Origin: a virus
DNA length: 64,000 nt
Reading direction: 5' to 3' (one strand)
IMG/VR virus record: IMGVR_UViG_3300025810_000004
Location: 64,001 to 128,000 of that record
A program made the translations under genes and the position numbers. Positions 28,477 to 38,529 of this stretch are shown in pieces. Positions within the stretch are counted from its first letter, which is position 1. The number at the start of each line of letters is the position of its first letter. The notes below the pieces were generated by a model that worked only from the letters and a program-made list of their open reading frames with translations, was not told the origin of the DNA and made no database searches.

Positions 28477-29805
28477 ATGAGCACCGAAGCATACGACTAC
28501 CTGTACGCCACCTACATCTGGATCGACGGCGGCTCCCCTACCCAGACCCTCCGGTCGAAGACCCGCGTGATCATCGACGTGGTGCAAGGCCGGATGCTGG
28601 GGTCCGCGACCGCGAACGCGAACTGGGTTCTGGACCTGGGCGGCGAGTGGGACTGGTCCTTCGACGGGAGCAGCACCATGCAGGCGGACGGGGACTCCTC
28701 CGACTGCGTGCTCAAGCCCATCCGGTTCTTCCGTGACCCCCTTCGCCCCCGGACCCCGTGTCCCGAGACGGGAGAGCCCCGCCATCACCTGCTGGTGCTC
28801 TGCGAGGTCTTCGGTGCCGATGGCGAGCCACACCCGTCCAACTACCGGGCTCGCCTCCGTGACGTGGAGCACGCCATCGAGGAGGAGGCCGAAGACCCGA
28901 CCGGGTGTTGGTTCGGCTACGAGCAGGAGTACACGCTGTTCAAGGGCTCCCGTCCGCTGGGCTTCGGTGAGGATCGGAGGTTCCCCGCAGCGCAGGGTCC
29001 CTACTACTGCGGCGTGGGGGCCGACGAGGTGAAGGGGCGTGATCTGGTCGAGGAGCACATGGAGATGTGCGCCCGTGCGGGCATCCACCTGACCGGAATC
29101 AACGCCGAGGTCATGCCCGGCCAGTGGGAGTTCCAAGTCGGTGGTCCTGGTGCTTATGGGACGCTGGCGGGGGATCATCTGTGGATGGCCCGCTGGCTCC
29201 TGTACCGCTTGGGCGAGAAGTACGGCATCCACGCCACGCTCGATCCCAAGCCCGTCCCCGGTGACTGGAACGGAGCCGGGATGCACACCAACTTCTCGAC
29301 CCCCGCGATGCGCGAGAATCCCGTCTCTGATGACGGCAGCGAATCCGACAGCAGCAAGGGCATCCACGCCATCCACGCGTGGTGCCGAGAAGCCCGGTTC
29401 CGAGTCAGTGACCACCTGTCCGAGTACGGGGACGGCATCGAGATGCGCCTCACCGGGAAGCATGAGACGTGCTCCTACCGTGAGTTCAAGTGGGGGGTCA
29501 GCGACCGCACCGCTTCGATTCGCATTCCCATCGCCACCGCGAAGGCGGGCAAGGGGTACCTGGAGGACCGCAGGCCGAACGCGAACGCCTGCCCCTACCG
29601 GGTGGCCGTCGCCATGCTCAAGACCGCCTACGGGCTCTGGGGGCTCTCCCACGAGCGTCCTGAACCTCTGGAGGACAACCCGTTCGGAGACACCTACGAG
29701 GTGGTCTACACCGAGTACGGCGGAGGGTCGATCGGAAACGTGAGCGACCAGTTGTGGCTGTTCAACCTCAACGACTACACGATCACCACGGAAGGTGACA
29801 AGTGA
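28477..29805 (+). CDS. glnII: glutamine synthetase type II
   Basis: YIWIDG, LRSKTR, WSFDGSST.QA, EQEY, QGPYYCGVG, GINAEVMPGQWEFQVG, PKP..GDWNGAGMHTNFST, RLTGKHET, GYLEDRRP. Confidence 0.95.
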   Translation: MSTEAYDYLYATYIWIDGGSPTQTLRSKTRVIIDVVQGRMLGSATANANWVLDLGGEWDWSFDGSSTMQADGDSSDCVLKPIRFFRDPLRPRTPCPETGEPRHHLLVLCEVFGADGEPHPSNYRARLRDVEHAIEEEAEDPTGCWFGYEQEYTLFKGSRPLGFGEDRRFPAAQGPYYCGVGADEVKGRDLVEEHMEMCARAGIHLTGINAEVMPGQWEFQVGGPGAYGTLAGDHLWMARWLLYRLGEKYGIHATLDPKPVPGDWNGAGMHTNFSTPAMRENPVSDDGSESDSSKGIHAIHAWCREARFRVSDHLSEYGDGIEMRLTGKHETCSYREFKWGVSDRTASIRIPIATAKAGKGYLEDRRPNANACPYRVAVAMLKTAYGLWGLSHERPEPLEDNPFGDTYEVVYTEYGGGSIGNVSDQLWLFNLNDYTITTEGDK

Positions 29806-30008
29806 GCCGCGTGAAGACCATCCGTAGTCGCGGAGGCCACGAGGTCGAGGTCGTGGCCCGACCCCCGTCGAGGAAGCGGCAGGCGCGGGAGTCCCAGCGT
29901 CCGATGTTCGGCGGTCCCGAGTCCGTCATCGGTGAGCGGGTCCAGAAGGATCTGGACAACGAGGTGGTCTACGCCGCCCTCGGTGACATCTTGAACCGGG
30001 GTGAGTGA
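29802..30008 (+). CDS. hypothetical protein
   Basis: Start/stop overlap chain. Confidence 0.5.
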   Translation: MSRVKTIRSRGGHEVEVVARPPSRKRQARESQRPMFGGPESVIGERVQKDLDNEVVYAALGDILNRGE

Positions 30009-30226
30009 TGTCTGAGTGGCGAGAAGACGACCCCCGCGAGTCCGTGATGAAGCGTGCCACCATCGCGATCTGCGTCGATAGACTCATCTTCGGGGGGCTG
30101 GTAGAAACCAAACACGCATGGACGATACACCTCCAAAGCACCGACTACCCTGCGGGGGTCGTATCGGCAGACGACCCTTGGCCGAAGGGTTGGCGCTGGG
30201 TCTTCCTACCCGACACTCGGAGGTGA
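30008..30226 (+). CDS. hypothetical protein
   Basis: Start/stop overlap chain. Confidence 0.5.
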   Translation: MSEWREDDPRESVMKRATIAICVDRLIFGGLVETKHAWTIHLQSTDYPAGVVSADDPWPKGWRWVFLPDTRR

Positions 30227-30502
30227 GTGATGTCTGACGATAAGCCCCGCATCCGATGGTCTGCCACCGAGAAGTACGGCATCGGCATCGACAACCCAGA
30301 GAGGACCCGCAAGACGAAGGACGGCAAGACCGTCTTCATGCCGACCACGCTCACGATCAAGTCATCGTTCAAGGTCACCGAGGAAGACCTGCTCAACGAC
30401 GACCCGATCTTCCCGTTCACGACCCGTCCCAGCGATGTCGCAGCGGAGATCACGGAGATCGAAGACGAGCGGATTCTGGCGACCCTACTGGGGGAGGACT
30501 GA
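30227..30502 (+). CDS. hypothetical protein
   Basis: GGAGG RBS; overlap chain. Confidence 0.55.
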   Translation: MMSDDKPRIRWSATEKYGIGIDNPERTRKTKDGKTVFMPTTLTIKSSFKVTEEDLLNDDPIFPFTTRPSDVAAEITEIEDERILATLLGED

Positions 30503-30771
30503 TGGCTGAACGACTCAATGAGTGCCCGAAGTGCGGCAAGTACCAGTATACGGACATCGTGGTGAAGGCACACAACCCCGACACCACCGACATGAACATG
30601 CGGGCCACCCTCCGGTGTGGTGGGACGGTCCTCGTGATGAAGGACCACCCGACATGGGAGGGCCGGAAGGTCGAGAGTCCGCACGAGGTCGAGGGCTGCG
30701 GCCACGAGTGGGAGGGCATGGTCACATCGCCTCACCACGAACGCCAACGCCGACGAGGATGGGTGATCTGA
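30502..30771 (+). CDS. small Zn-ribbon protein
   Basis: MAERLNECPKCG...C...GCGHEW; GGAGG RBS. Confidence 0.55.
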   Translation: MAERLNECPKCGKYQYTDIVVKAHNPDTTDMNMRATLRCGGTVLVMKDHPTWEGRKVESPHEVEGCGHEWEGMVTSPHHERQRRRGWVI

Positions 30772-30871
30772 TGAAGAACACGACGGGTATTCCTTCTCCG
30801 AAGGAACCATAGCACCGTTCTCCGATGTTATTGGCACAAAAGCCTTCAGTATCTCCTTTCTATGTCCCCTT

Positions 30872-31171
30872 TCACAGGGTGGGATCCTGGGAGTAGAAGG
30901 CGGGACCCATGGTGTGGGGCGACCCGGAGGTCGTCTGTACCACCACCTTGGTGGACCCTGCCAATAGGGCGGAGACCTTTTCACAGGCTTGGCCTATGCT
31001 CCCAGCTTTGACGTGAACGTGGGTTTCGTCAAAGTGGTCTTCAGTATGGTACCAGGGGGTCATGGGGCCTTCCGTTGCCGGGTTGGCGTCCTCTGGTCTT
31101 GGGGGGATGTTGTCGCCTTCTTTCATGAGCACCACTCTGTCTGCTTCTCTATGAAAGTAGTACCACCGCAT
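30872..31171 (-). CDS. hypothetical protein
   Basis: 99-aa ORF, GGAG upstream. Confidence 0.55.
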   Translation of the reverse strand: MRWYYFHREADRVVLMKEGDNIPPRPEDANPATEGPMTPWYHTEDHFDETHVHVKAGSIGQACEKVSALLAGSTKVVVQTTSGSPHTMGPAFYSQDPTL

Positions 31172-31375
31172 TTTCTACTTGCTCCGTATTTCTTCTTCAC
31201 AGTTGTAGCGAGGTGTACAACAATATACCGACAAGAACCATTATAATTACTCCCAGAAATTCCAAGACTGGGAGTTTGTCTTCTTTTTCTTCTATAGGTG
31301 CCAGTCCCCTCAACAGGACTTTCCAGAATTCTTCCACACCAATTCCCCTTGTGGGGAAACTCCTCTATGGGGGGA

Positions 31376-32617
31376 TTACTTCACTATGTAGGTCCTGCTG
31401 TTCTCCAGGTTCTTGGTCCCCCTCATATACGGCATGACCCACCTCCGCTTGGAGTTGAGCTTTTCCTCCAGTTCCAGCAGTTCATCCCTGAACTTTTCCA
31501 CCTTCCACTGGAGATACTCTTTTCTGGTATCGGACGCAGATTCGATTTCCAGAGTCAGGGACTTTATATCCTGCTCTTTGCGGTTGAGCTTGTTCTTGAT
31601 GGTGGCCTTCTTCGGCCACCAGTGTCCCCTAACCCAGTGCCTTCTTGGGGAACCCTTATCCCCCGGCTGACCCTCGGTCGGCCCTCCCCAGGACATACCC
31701 CCAACCCAGGTCACCACGTCTCTGGGGATTTTGTCCAGTTTCCTCTGGAGCTTCTTCCCTTTCCCCCTCTTGGGGTCCTTTGTCCTGTTCAGGGAGTCTT
31801 CCAGAGCCTTAATCTTGGTTGCGTTGTCTTCCGTGGCTGGGTCCAGCTCCAGCACCGGGTCTGAGCTGTCCATGTAGAGGAAGGTTCCAAACACGATCCG
31901 AAGCGTGTCTATGATGTGCTTTCGAGCTTCCTGGCCTTCTGGCAGTTCGGTCACCAGACCCAGCTTGCTCATTACCTCTGGATTCTCTATATCCTCCAGA
32001 GTGGAATCCCTCTTGGGGTCGTCCAACATGACCCTCAGGTATGTTTCGAGGTCGTACCTATCTTCTTCCATTTCGTGGAGGTCCAACACCATCCACATTG
32101 AAGCGTCATCGCCCACGTGGGTGGACCTCTCGTTCTCAGGCCCCCAGAGGTACAGGTAAACGCACCCCGGATCGTTTGGCGGGGCAGGCTTGGGTTCTGT
32201 GGTTTCCCCCGCGTAGTGCCTGTCCACCCCCCTCCTGAACCTCACGTACACACCTTCAATTTGGTGCCATTGAGTTTCGTTTCCTCCCCATATCTTGGTC
32301 TTCCCCTCAGGAAGGGCGATATACTGGTTCGGGTACGGGGTTCTGATCTCAGAGGGTGATACACCTTCCAAGGAGGTGTTGGCCAAGGCTGTCTGCATGG
32401 CGGGGGGTACGACGAAGTTCTGCCTCCCCGCCATCACGTACTCTGCCTGGTGCAGGGTGAGAGTGTACAGAGCCCTGTGGAACCCTATTCCAGGTATGTG
32501 GAAGTACCCAGCTATCTCCTTGGGCCCCGCCTTGCCACTGATTATCAGGTCCAACATGTGGGAGTGTACCTTCTCCCTTGGAAGCTCTTGGGTCAGCATT
32601 CTGAATTCTGGGGTCAT
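31376..32617 (-). CDS. phage protein with PRRHWVRGHW motif
   Basis: 413 aa; SPRRHWVRGHWW...RWVMPYMRG pattern common in uncharacterised phage proteins. Confidence 0.7.
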   Translation of the reverse strand: MTPEFRMLTQELPREKVHSHMLDLIISGKAGPKEIAGYFHIPGIGFHRALYTLTLHQAEYVMAGRQNFVVPPAMQTALANTSLEGVSPSEIRTPYPNQYIALPEGKTKIWGGNETQWHQIEGVYVRFRRGVDRHYAGETTEPKPAPPNDPGCVYLYLWGPENERSTHVGDDASMWMVLDLHEMEEDRYDLETYLRVMLDDPKRDSTLEDIENPEVMSKLGLVTELPEGQEARKHIIDTLRIVFGTFLYMDSSDPVLELDPATEDNATKIKALEDSLNRTKDPKRGKGKKLQRKLDKIPRDVVTWVGGMSWGGPTEGQPGDKGSPRRHWVRGHWWPKKATIKNKLNRKEQDIKSLTLEIESASDTRKEYLQWKVEKFRDELLELEEKLNSKRRWVMPYMRGTKNLENSRTYIVK

Positions 32618-32849
32618 ACAACCTTATACAGACCTTCGAGCCTGTGCTTATCTTTATATAGAAAGGATGCTGTCCAGCACCCCTTTCACCCGTCTGACGT
32701 ACCACTTCATCTGGTCTTCTGGTACTTCTTCCTGTTTATCGTTTATAGCGAATGCCTCTTTTTGAGCCAGCTCATGGGTTCTCCTTTGGTTCACTTTACC
32801 AGCTGGTCCGGGTCCGTTGACCTATCTATAAGTTCGGTGAATTGTGACC

Positions 32850-34424
32850 ATGAAGATCTCCAACCTACATAAGCTGGTAGCCACACTTCCGGCACCCCAC
32901 CAAGGGATGTTCTGGCTGTGCTTTGTTGTGCTTTGCTGGCAGGGTCTATACTTGGCCGAATTCTTTGGCGAGTCACTTTACTCCTTCGTAGAGCGACCAG
33001 TTCAGCCCCCTGACAAGTGTGAATTCACCCCTGACCTCGGACAAGAAGCTGAGGGGATGGACCCAGGGGAGGTCCACTTTGTGGTGGATATGCGGTGCTC
33101 CGTGTCGAATTTCAGCACGGTGTTCGTCACCACCCCGCTCTGTGGGGACTGCGACGATGAAGGCTGGAACGAACTCCAAGACGAGGATGGGGACGGGACA
33201 TACGAGGGCAACATCCAGTTCGTGGATACCACGACCGACTCACCTCTGGTGGGGGCTGGGCTGATGTACAGATACGGTGTCACCATAGAATCCGGAAGCG
33301 GGTTCATGGCCACCTATCCAGAAAACCTCCTGCCCTCCAATTCGAATGACGTCTCCTGTGCCCCGTCCTCAGACGGTATGACCTATGCCTACAGGACCCT
33401 CGTGACCGACGGTGACGGAACCGAAGTGAAGGACATATTCGGTTCTTGCACGAGTGTCCCCATCCCATCTGAAGAATGGGACAAAATCCGGGACGAGGAG
33501 TGGCGTTCTGCCAACTCGTTCCTGTATGAACACGTGGACCCATGGTGGAAACCCACCTCCGAGTTCCTGACGAAATTCCAGGTCGTTCCCCCCATCCTGT
33601 TTTTGACCTTCTGTTCTCTCTTGTACGTTTACGCCACCTTCTTCATAGGCAGCAAATACGTCGGCAGGAAAGAAGCGGCCCTCCACAAAGCACTGGAAGA
33701 GACGAAGCACAAGAACACCTACTTGGAGCACGCGGCCAAGATCCTACGCCATGACATGCACTCGGGGATCAACACCTACATCCCCCGTGGCATCAAGTCG
33801 CTGGAGCGGCGCTTGGAGCAGGCCCAGAAGAACCAGACCATTCGCGTCTTCAACGACAAGGGCGAGGTGTCCCCACAAACGCTGGTCGGGGCGTTGCGCC
33901 TGGACGCCCCGCTACGGATGCTCAAGGAAGGGCTGGCACACACCCAGAAGGTCTACGCTGGCGTGTGCGAGTTCACCAACCTCGTGAAGGCTGGGTCCAA
34001 GATAAACACCAAGCCCCACGACGTGGGAGAGATCCTGAGGGACTATCTGGACACGGTGGAATACAAGAGCGAAGTCATAATAGACGACAACCTCCCAACC
34101 CTCGAAGTCAATGCGCCTCTTTTTTGCACCGCTCTGGACAACCTCATAAGAAACGGTCTGAAGTACAACGATTCTGCATCCAGAATGGTGACGGTCACCA
34201 AATTTGACGAGCATCACATAGCCGTTCTGGACAACGGCAGGGGGATGTCCCAAGAGGAATTCCTCGAATTTTCCAAGCCCTACACCCGCAAGGCCGGACA
34301 ACAAGAAAGTGGCATGGGTCTGGGGCTCAATATTTGCATAGCCATACTCAACGAACACGGGTTCTCTGTTTCTTCCTCGGTTAGACCAGAGGGCGGCACA
34401 GAAATAAAAGTGAGGATTTCTTGA
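32850..34424 (+). CDS. membrane sensor histidine kinase
   Basis: Two TM segments; H-box ILRHDMHS; N-box LDNLIRNGLKYN; G1 DNGRGM; G2 GMGLGL. Confidence 0.92.
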   Translation: MKISNLHKLVATLPAPHQGMFWLCFVVLCWQGLYLAEFFGESLYSFVERPVQPPDKCEFTPDLGQEAEGMDPGEVHFVVDMRCSVSNFSTVFVTTPLCGDCDDEGWNELQDEDGDGTYEGNIQFVDTTTDSPLVGAGLMYRYGVTIESGSGFMATYPENLLPSNSNDVSCAPSSDGMTYAYRTLVTDGDGTEVKDIFGSCTSVPIPSEEWDKIRDEEWRSANSFLYEHVDPWWKPTSEFLTKFQVVPPILFLTFCSLLYVYATFFIGSKYVGRKEAALHKALEETKHKNTYLEHAAKILRHDMHSGINTYIPRGIKSLERRLEQAQKNQTIRVFNDKGEVSPQTLVGALRLDAPLRMLKEGLAHTQKVYAGVCEFTNLVKAGSKINTKPHDVGEILRDYLDTVEYKSEVIIDDNLPTLEVNAPLFCTALDNLIRNGLKYNDSASRMVTVTKFDEHHIAVLDNGRGMSQEEFLEFSKPYTRKAGQQESGMGLGLNICIAILNEHGFSVSSSVRPEGGTEIKVRIS

Positions 34425-34855
34425 TGATCCGGAGCATACTTCTGGTGGACGACGAGAACCTGTTCCATCTGGTTTTCGAAGACGCTTGTTCTCTACTGGA
34501 CATAGTCCTGAATCTGCAGGCCATAAACTCGGCCAACAAAGCTGAGGATTTGTTCAAGGACTGGCACCAGGACCCAACCGGACGCCCAGAGTGCGTGTTC
34601 GTGGATCTGAATCTTGTGGGTTCGAGCTTCGACGGCATAGAACTCGTCAGGCGTATCAACGAACTCTACGGCAACGGAGTCGTGATAGGTATTATATCCT
34701 CTTCCTCCGACCAGATGGAGATAGAGAAGGCAAAGTCAGTCGGTGCACAATTCTGGATTGTGAAGTCTGACGACATAGAGCCCCGGCTTGAGGCTTTCAG
34801 GGAGGACTACCAGGGGTACATGGACCGCTCCGCCTCTTTTGAGGTCTACTCCTGA
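34424..34855 (+). CDS. single-domain response regulator (CheY-like)
   Basis: ILLVDD, VFVDLNL, DGIEL, ISSS, IVKS. Confidence 0.92.
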   Translation: MIRSILLVDDENLFHLVFEDACSLLDIVLNLQAINSANKAEDLFKDWHQDPTGRPECVFVDLNLVGSSFDGIELVRRINELYGNGVVIGIISSSSDQMEIEKAKSVGAQFWIVKSDDIEPRLEAFREDYQGYMDRSASFEVYS

Positions 34856-35499
34856 TGCCTCCCTCGGTTTCCTTCCCCGACGAAGCTTGGACCAGCCTCA
34901 TACTTCTGGCCCAGAAGGACTCCGTCTGGTTGGAAGGAAATATACTGAAGGTGCTGGACCCAGGGGACAGCGCTTCTTACAGGTCCTACCTGGAGTCTGC
35001 TACCAAAGCGGATAAAGAAACCAGGGAAAGAAGGCTGGCTGTTACAAAGCAGGTACAAGCTCAAAACAAAGAACTGATAGCAGCCCAACAGGACTTAGAC
35101 CAATCCAAAGTTCAGCTGGAAGACGCACTGGCCAAAGCCGAGGAAGAAGCAAGAAAGGCCAAAGAAGCTCAGAGGGCTGAAAAGGAGGCCAAAGAGGAAA
35201 TAGACTCGGCCTACCAGAAAGCACAGCAGGACCTCGACTACATGCAGAAGAGGACCCAATTCGAGCTTATGGGGAACATAGTGAGGGTAGCCCTGGCGAC
35301 CATAATAGGGGTGGGGGCGGTCACCACCATTCTTTACGCTGTCGCTTTGTTCGGAACTGGGGCGGAACCTGCCGACACCGCGCTCCTTGCAAACACTTGG
35401 TCCAGCATGTTCGGAATACTTCTCACCAACTCCTTTTCCATTATAGGAACCATAATGGGAGTGAAGTACGCCACCGATAGAAGAGAAGGCGAGGATTAG
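34855..35499 (+). CDS. coiled-coil protein with two C-terminal TM helices
   Basis: Coupled to the regulator (TGATG overlap). Confidence 0.75.
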   Translation: MPPSVSFPDEAWTSLILLAQKDSVWLEGNILKVLDPGDSASYRSYLESATKADKETRERRLAVTKQVQAQNKELIAAQQDLDQSKVQLEDALAKAEEEARKAKEAQRAEKEAKEEIDSAYQKAQQDLDYMQKRTQFELMGNIVRVALATIIGVGAVTTILYAVALFGTGAEPADTALLANTWSSMFGILLTNSFSIIGTIMGVKYATDRREGED

Positions 35500-35776
35500 C
35501 CCAACAGGCGTTACTTCGCGATATGAAGAACTACTGAGTGTGAGCACGGGCTCTGGAGTGAGTCTCATACACGCCCACCCATTCCCCGTTTTTATCCCAA
35601 ACGTGGAACCCATTCAGATACAGCCCACCTTTTGACTCCCAAGTTCCCAACCAAACTATGTAAGAACGGTACATTACTTTTGTCTCCAGTTTCCACGTTC
35701 AGTGTTCCCTATAGAGAGGATATCGTTATCCTCTCTATAAAGACCGGGGTTTATACTCCTCAGGGGAGACTGAAGT

Positions 35777-37345
35777 ATGGCACAACCACCGTTCCTTATA
35801 GACGAACTCCAGATCGAGCCGGGAAGCGGCGACACACTCACCGTGTCTCGCGATTCGACCGACGGAGCTATGAAGTTCGTCGATGCAGTCGTGACATCTG
35901 GAGTGCTGCTTCCGAACCTTGTAGGATTGAGGAATGTCACCGGAGTCTACATGGTGGGTCGAGCTGGTGATGGTGCCCCGTATACGAGCGTCCAAGACGC
36001 TCTCGACGCGGTTCCCGACTCTTCCAGCGCTGCTCTCCCCTCCCTGGTTGTAATTCTGCCTGGTGTGTACACCGAGAACGTTTCCATCCAGAAGGACGGG
36101 GTGTATCTGGTCGGTCTGGGTGGAGCGACCATAACCAACGATGGGGCATCGGACACTGTTGAGATCAGCGCTGCCATAGCCACGACTCCTCAGGACGTTC
36201 TGCTCCGAGGTGTGATCATACAGAACACCTCTGCAGGTCAGTCCTGTGTCCGGATCATAGGTGCGGATTCCTTCGCCTCCGGTACGGTCACCGTGAACGC
36301 CGCGCCTCTGGCCACCGGAGACTCCATCACCATCAACGGCACTGCCCTCACCGGGACAGCAGGCACCCGCACTTCGGGGAGCAACGACTTCTCCGTCTCC
36401 GGCATGACCGACGCTGCCATAGCAGCCGAGATCGTAGACGCCATCAACGATTCGGCCAACGCTTTCTCCTCTCTGGTAAGTGCAGAGGCAACCGGGGTCG
36501 GACTGAACGTGGTCACCCTCACGGCTATCACCGCCGGATCAGGTGGAAACGCTATAACCCTCGCAGCGAGCACCACGCCTCCGGGCAACATGACCCCATC
36601 GGGTGCGAACCTCACCGGGGGCGGGTCTTCGGGCTCCCTCGTGGGCAACGGAGTCATAACCGTCGAGGACTGCGACCTCGTGGCGGCTGGGGCAGCTGGG
36701 TACCAGGTTCGAGCCGATGCCTCTGGACACATCAGAATTCGTGGCGGCACCTGGCGTGGGTCAGACAGTGCCAGCCTCTCGACTGTCTCCAACTGCGCTC
36801 TGTTCTCGGTCGCCGGGGTCGAGTGGACCAACGACTTCGAAACCGCCTACGACACCACCTCAGACCGCCCCAATGACACCACCTGCGAGTACCTGCTCTC
36901 CGGTATAAGCCGCGCAGGTGGAATTCTGTCGAATCTCGTCGGTGCCGGGTCACTCACCATAAGTAGTTGCCCAAGTGTGGGAACACTGGCGCAGGCGGGG
37001 GACCAGACCCTCGCCGTGCAGCACTCGTCTGTGGGTGCGGTCACGCTGAGCGATACCGTGGCTGCCACACTGACCGCCAGCACACGCACGACTGCTACGG
37101 TGGGTGGCGGAACCCCCACACTGTCTGAGCCTCGTATCCGGGGCGAGGTGGCTTTTGCGGCCTCGGCTTCCGAATCGTACTCGTTCGATGTGACCCAGCC
37201 AGACACCGACTACACCGTGTTGCTGGAGAGCCCTACCACGGCTTCCGTCCTCGCGGTGACAAACAAGACAACCTCCGGGTTCGACATCGAGGCCAGTGTA
37301 GCTTTGACAGGCACCGTTGGTCTGTCTATCGTGCGCGGCCAGTAG
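35777..37345 (+). CDS. virion fibre/appendage-like protein
   Basis: YTSVQDALDA..PGVYTENV (beta-helix cap), Thr/Gly/Ala-rich body, C-terminal F..PDTDYTV..NKTTSGF module. Confidence 0.65.
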   Translation: MAQPPFLIDELQIEPGSGDTLTVSRDSTDGAMKFVDAVVTSGVLLPNLVGLRNVTGVYMVGRAGDGAPYTSVQDALDAVPDSSSAALPSLVVILPGVYTENVSIQKDGVYLVGLGGATITNDGASDTVEISAAIATTPQDVLLRGVIIQNTSAGQSCVRIIGADSFASGTVTVNAAPLATGDSITINGTALTGTAGTRTSGSNDFSVSGMTDAAIAAEIVDAINDSANAFSSLVSAEATGVGLNVVTLTAITAGSGGNAITLAASTTPPGNMTPSGANLTGGGSSGSLVGNGVITVEDCDLVAAGAAGYQVRADASGHIRIRGGTWRGSDSASLSTVSNCALFSVAGVEWTNDFETAYDTTSDRPNDTTCEYLLSGISRAGGILSNLVGAGSLTISSCPSVGTLAQAGDQTLAVQHSSVGAVTLSDTVAATLTASTRTTATVGGGTPTLSEPRIRGEVAFAASASESYSFDVTQPDTDYTVLLESPTTASVLAVTNKTTSGFDIEASVALTGTVGLSIVRGQ

Positions 37346-37351
37346 GAGACC

Positions 37352-38164
37352 ATGAACAACGACGACTTCTGGACGAACTTCGCTACGGGCCACACCAACA
37401 CGGTGCTGGCTGGGTCGATGGACTCCCACTTGTCGGGCAAGAGTCTTGACGATTCGTTCGGCTCCGTTCGCAATCTCAAGACTGCTGCACGACCCATCCG
37501 GCTTCCCACACGCGAGATCAAGACCCTCGCCAAGAGGTTGGCACAGCGGCTCTACCAGTACGGACTGCCGAAGCCCGGTCGAGTGACGGCGCAGGAGTAC
37601 CTGCCCCTCACCAACGTCATGGGTGATGAGGTGGTGGTCGAGATCCTGTTGACGGGCACGCCGGGTCGGAACCGCGACCCGTTCAGCAACGAACTGCTCA
37701 ACGGCGGCTTCCTCAAGCGTCGTCCCGAAGGTCCGGTGATGCGGGTGTTCGTGAACCCGCACCTCGACCCCCGGTCGTTTGAGATGCGTCCTCGCAAGAT
37801 TGTCGAGGACGAGTTGTACCGTCTTCTCGCCCACGAGTTGACCCATGCGGCAGATGTCTGGTCAGGCAAGGGGTCGGTGGGTGACCTGTCGGGGTCGATG
37901 GATGATCTCAAGAAGCATCACCACAACCATCCGGCAGAGGTTCGGTCGCTGATGCGGGACGTGGTGACGCACCTCGATGACGGGGACACCGTGCGTGAGT
38001 TCATGGGCTACGGCATGGACTTCAACACGGCGCTCCGCGAAGCTCTGAAGGACACCAAGTGGCCGGACATCGAGCCGTACCTGAACCCGAAGAACAAGAA
38101 GACCCTCTTGAAGGGGATCTACACCTTCCTTCAAGATCAAGGTCTGGACGAGGCGGGGAGGTAG
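37352..38164 (+). CDS. HExxH zinc metallopeptidase-like protein with N-terminal extension ending KTAA
   Basis: LAHELTHAAD...HPAEVRS. Confidence 0.7.
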   Translation: MNNDDFWTNFATGHTNTVLAGSMDSHLSGKSLDDSFGSVRNLKTAARPIRLPTREIKTLAKRLAQRLYQYGLPKPGRVTAQEYLPLTNVMGDEVVVEILLTGTPGRNRDPFSNELLNGGFLKRRPEGPVMRVFVNPHLDPRSFEMRPRKIVEDELYRLLAHELTHAADVWSGKGSVGDLSGSMDDLKKHHHNHPAEVRSLMRDVVTHLDDGDTVREFMGYGMDFNTALREALKDTKWPDIEPYLNPKNKKTLLKGIYTFLQDQGLDEAGR

Positions 38165-38167
38165 TCG

Positions 38168-38482
38168 ATGGCAAGGTGTGGACGATGTGGGCTCTGGAAT
38201 AAGTATCCGGACAACCACCACGAGCAGAAATATGCCGGGGTGTGTCTGTGGTACCAGCATCGTCTCATGGGCGACGACGTGTTCGAAGACCGGGAGTGCA
38301 GTGACTTCTTCGAACGCGTCCCCGGCCTGACCCCCCTCGACCATTTCGAATACAAGACCAAGCGGGACAATCTGGGGGATGCCTACAAAATGGCCAAAAG
38401 GTCCAAGTACCTCGCCTACATAGGCATAACGGTTTCTTTGATCTCTTTGGTGGCCTCCTTGTACAGGACCTTCTTCGTCTGA
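38168..38482 (+). CDS. Cys-rich protein with C-terminal TM helix
   Basis: CGRC..C..C; hydrophobic C-terminus. Confidence 0.6.
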   Translation: MARCGRCGLWNKYPDNHHEQKYAGVCLWYQHRLMGDDVFEDRECSDFFERVPGLTPLDHFEYKTKRDNLGDAYKMAKRSKYLAYIGITVSLISLVASLYRTFFV

Positions 38483-38529
38483 GGATCATACGTTGGACTG
38501 CCTATAACCTCCTTTAGTTGGAGGCAACT

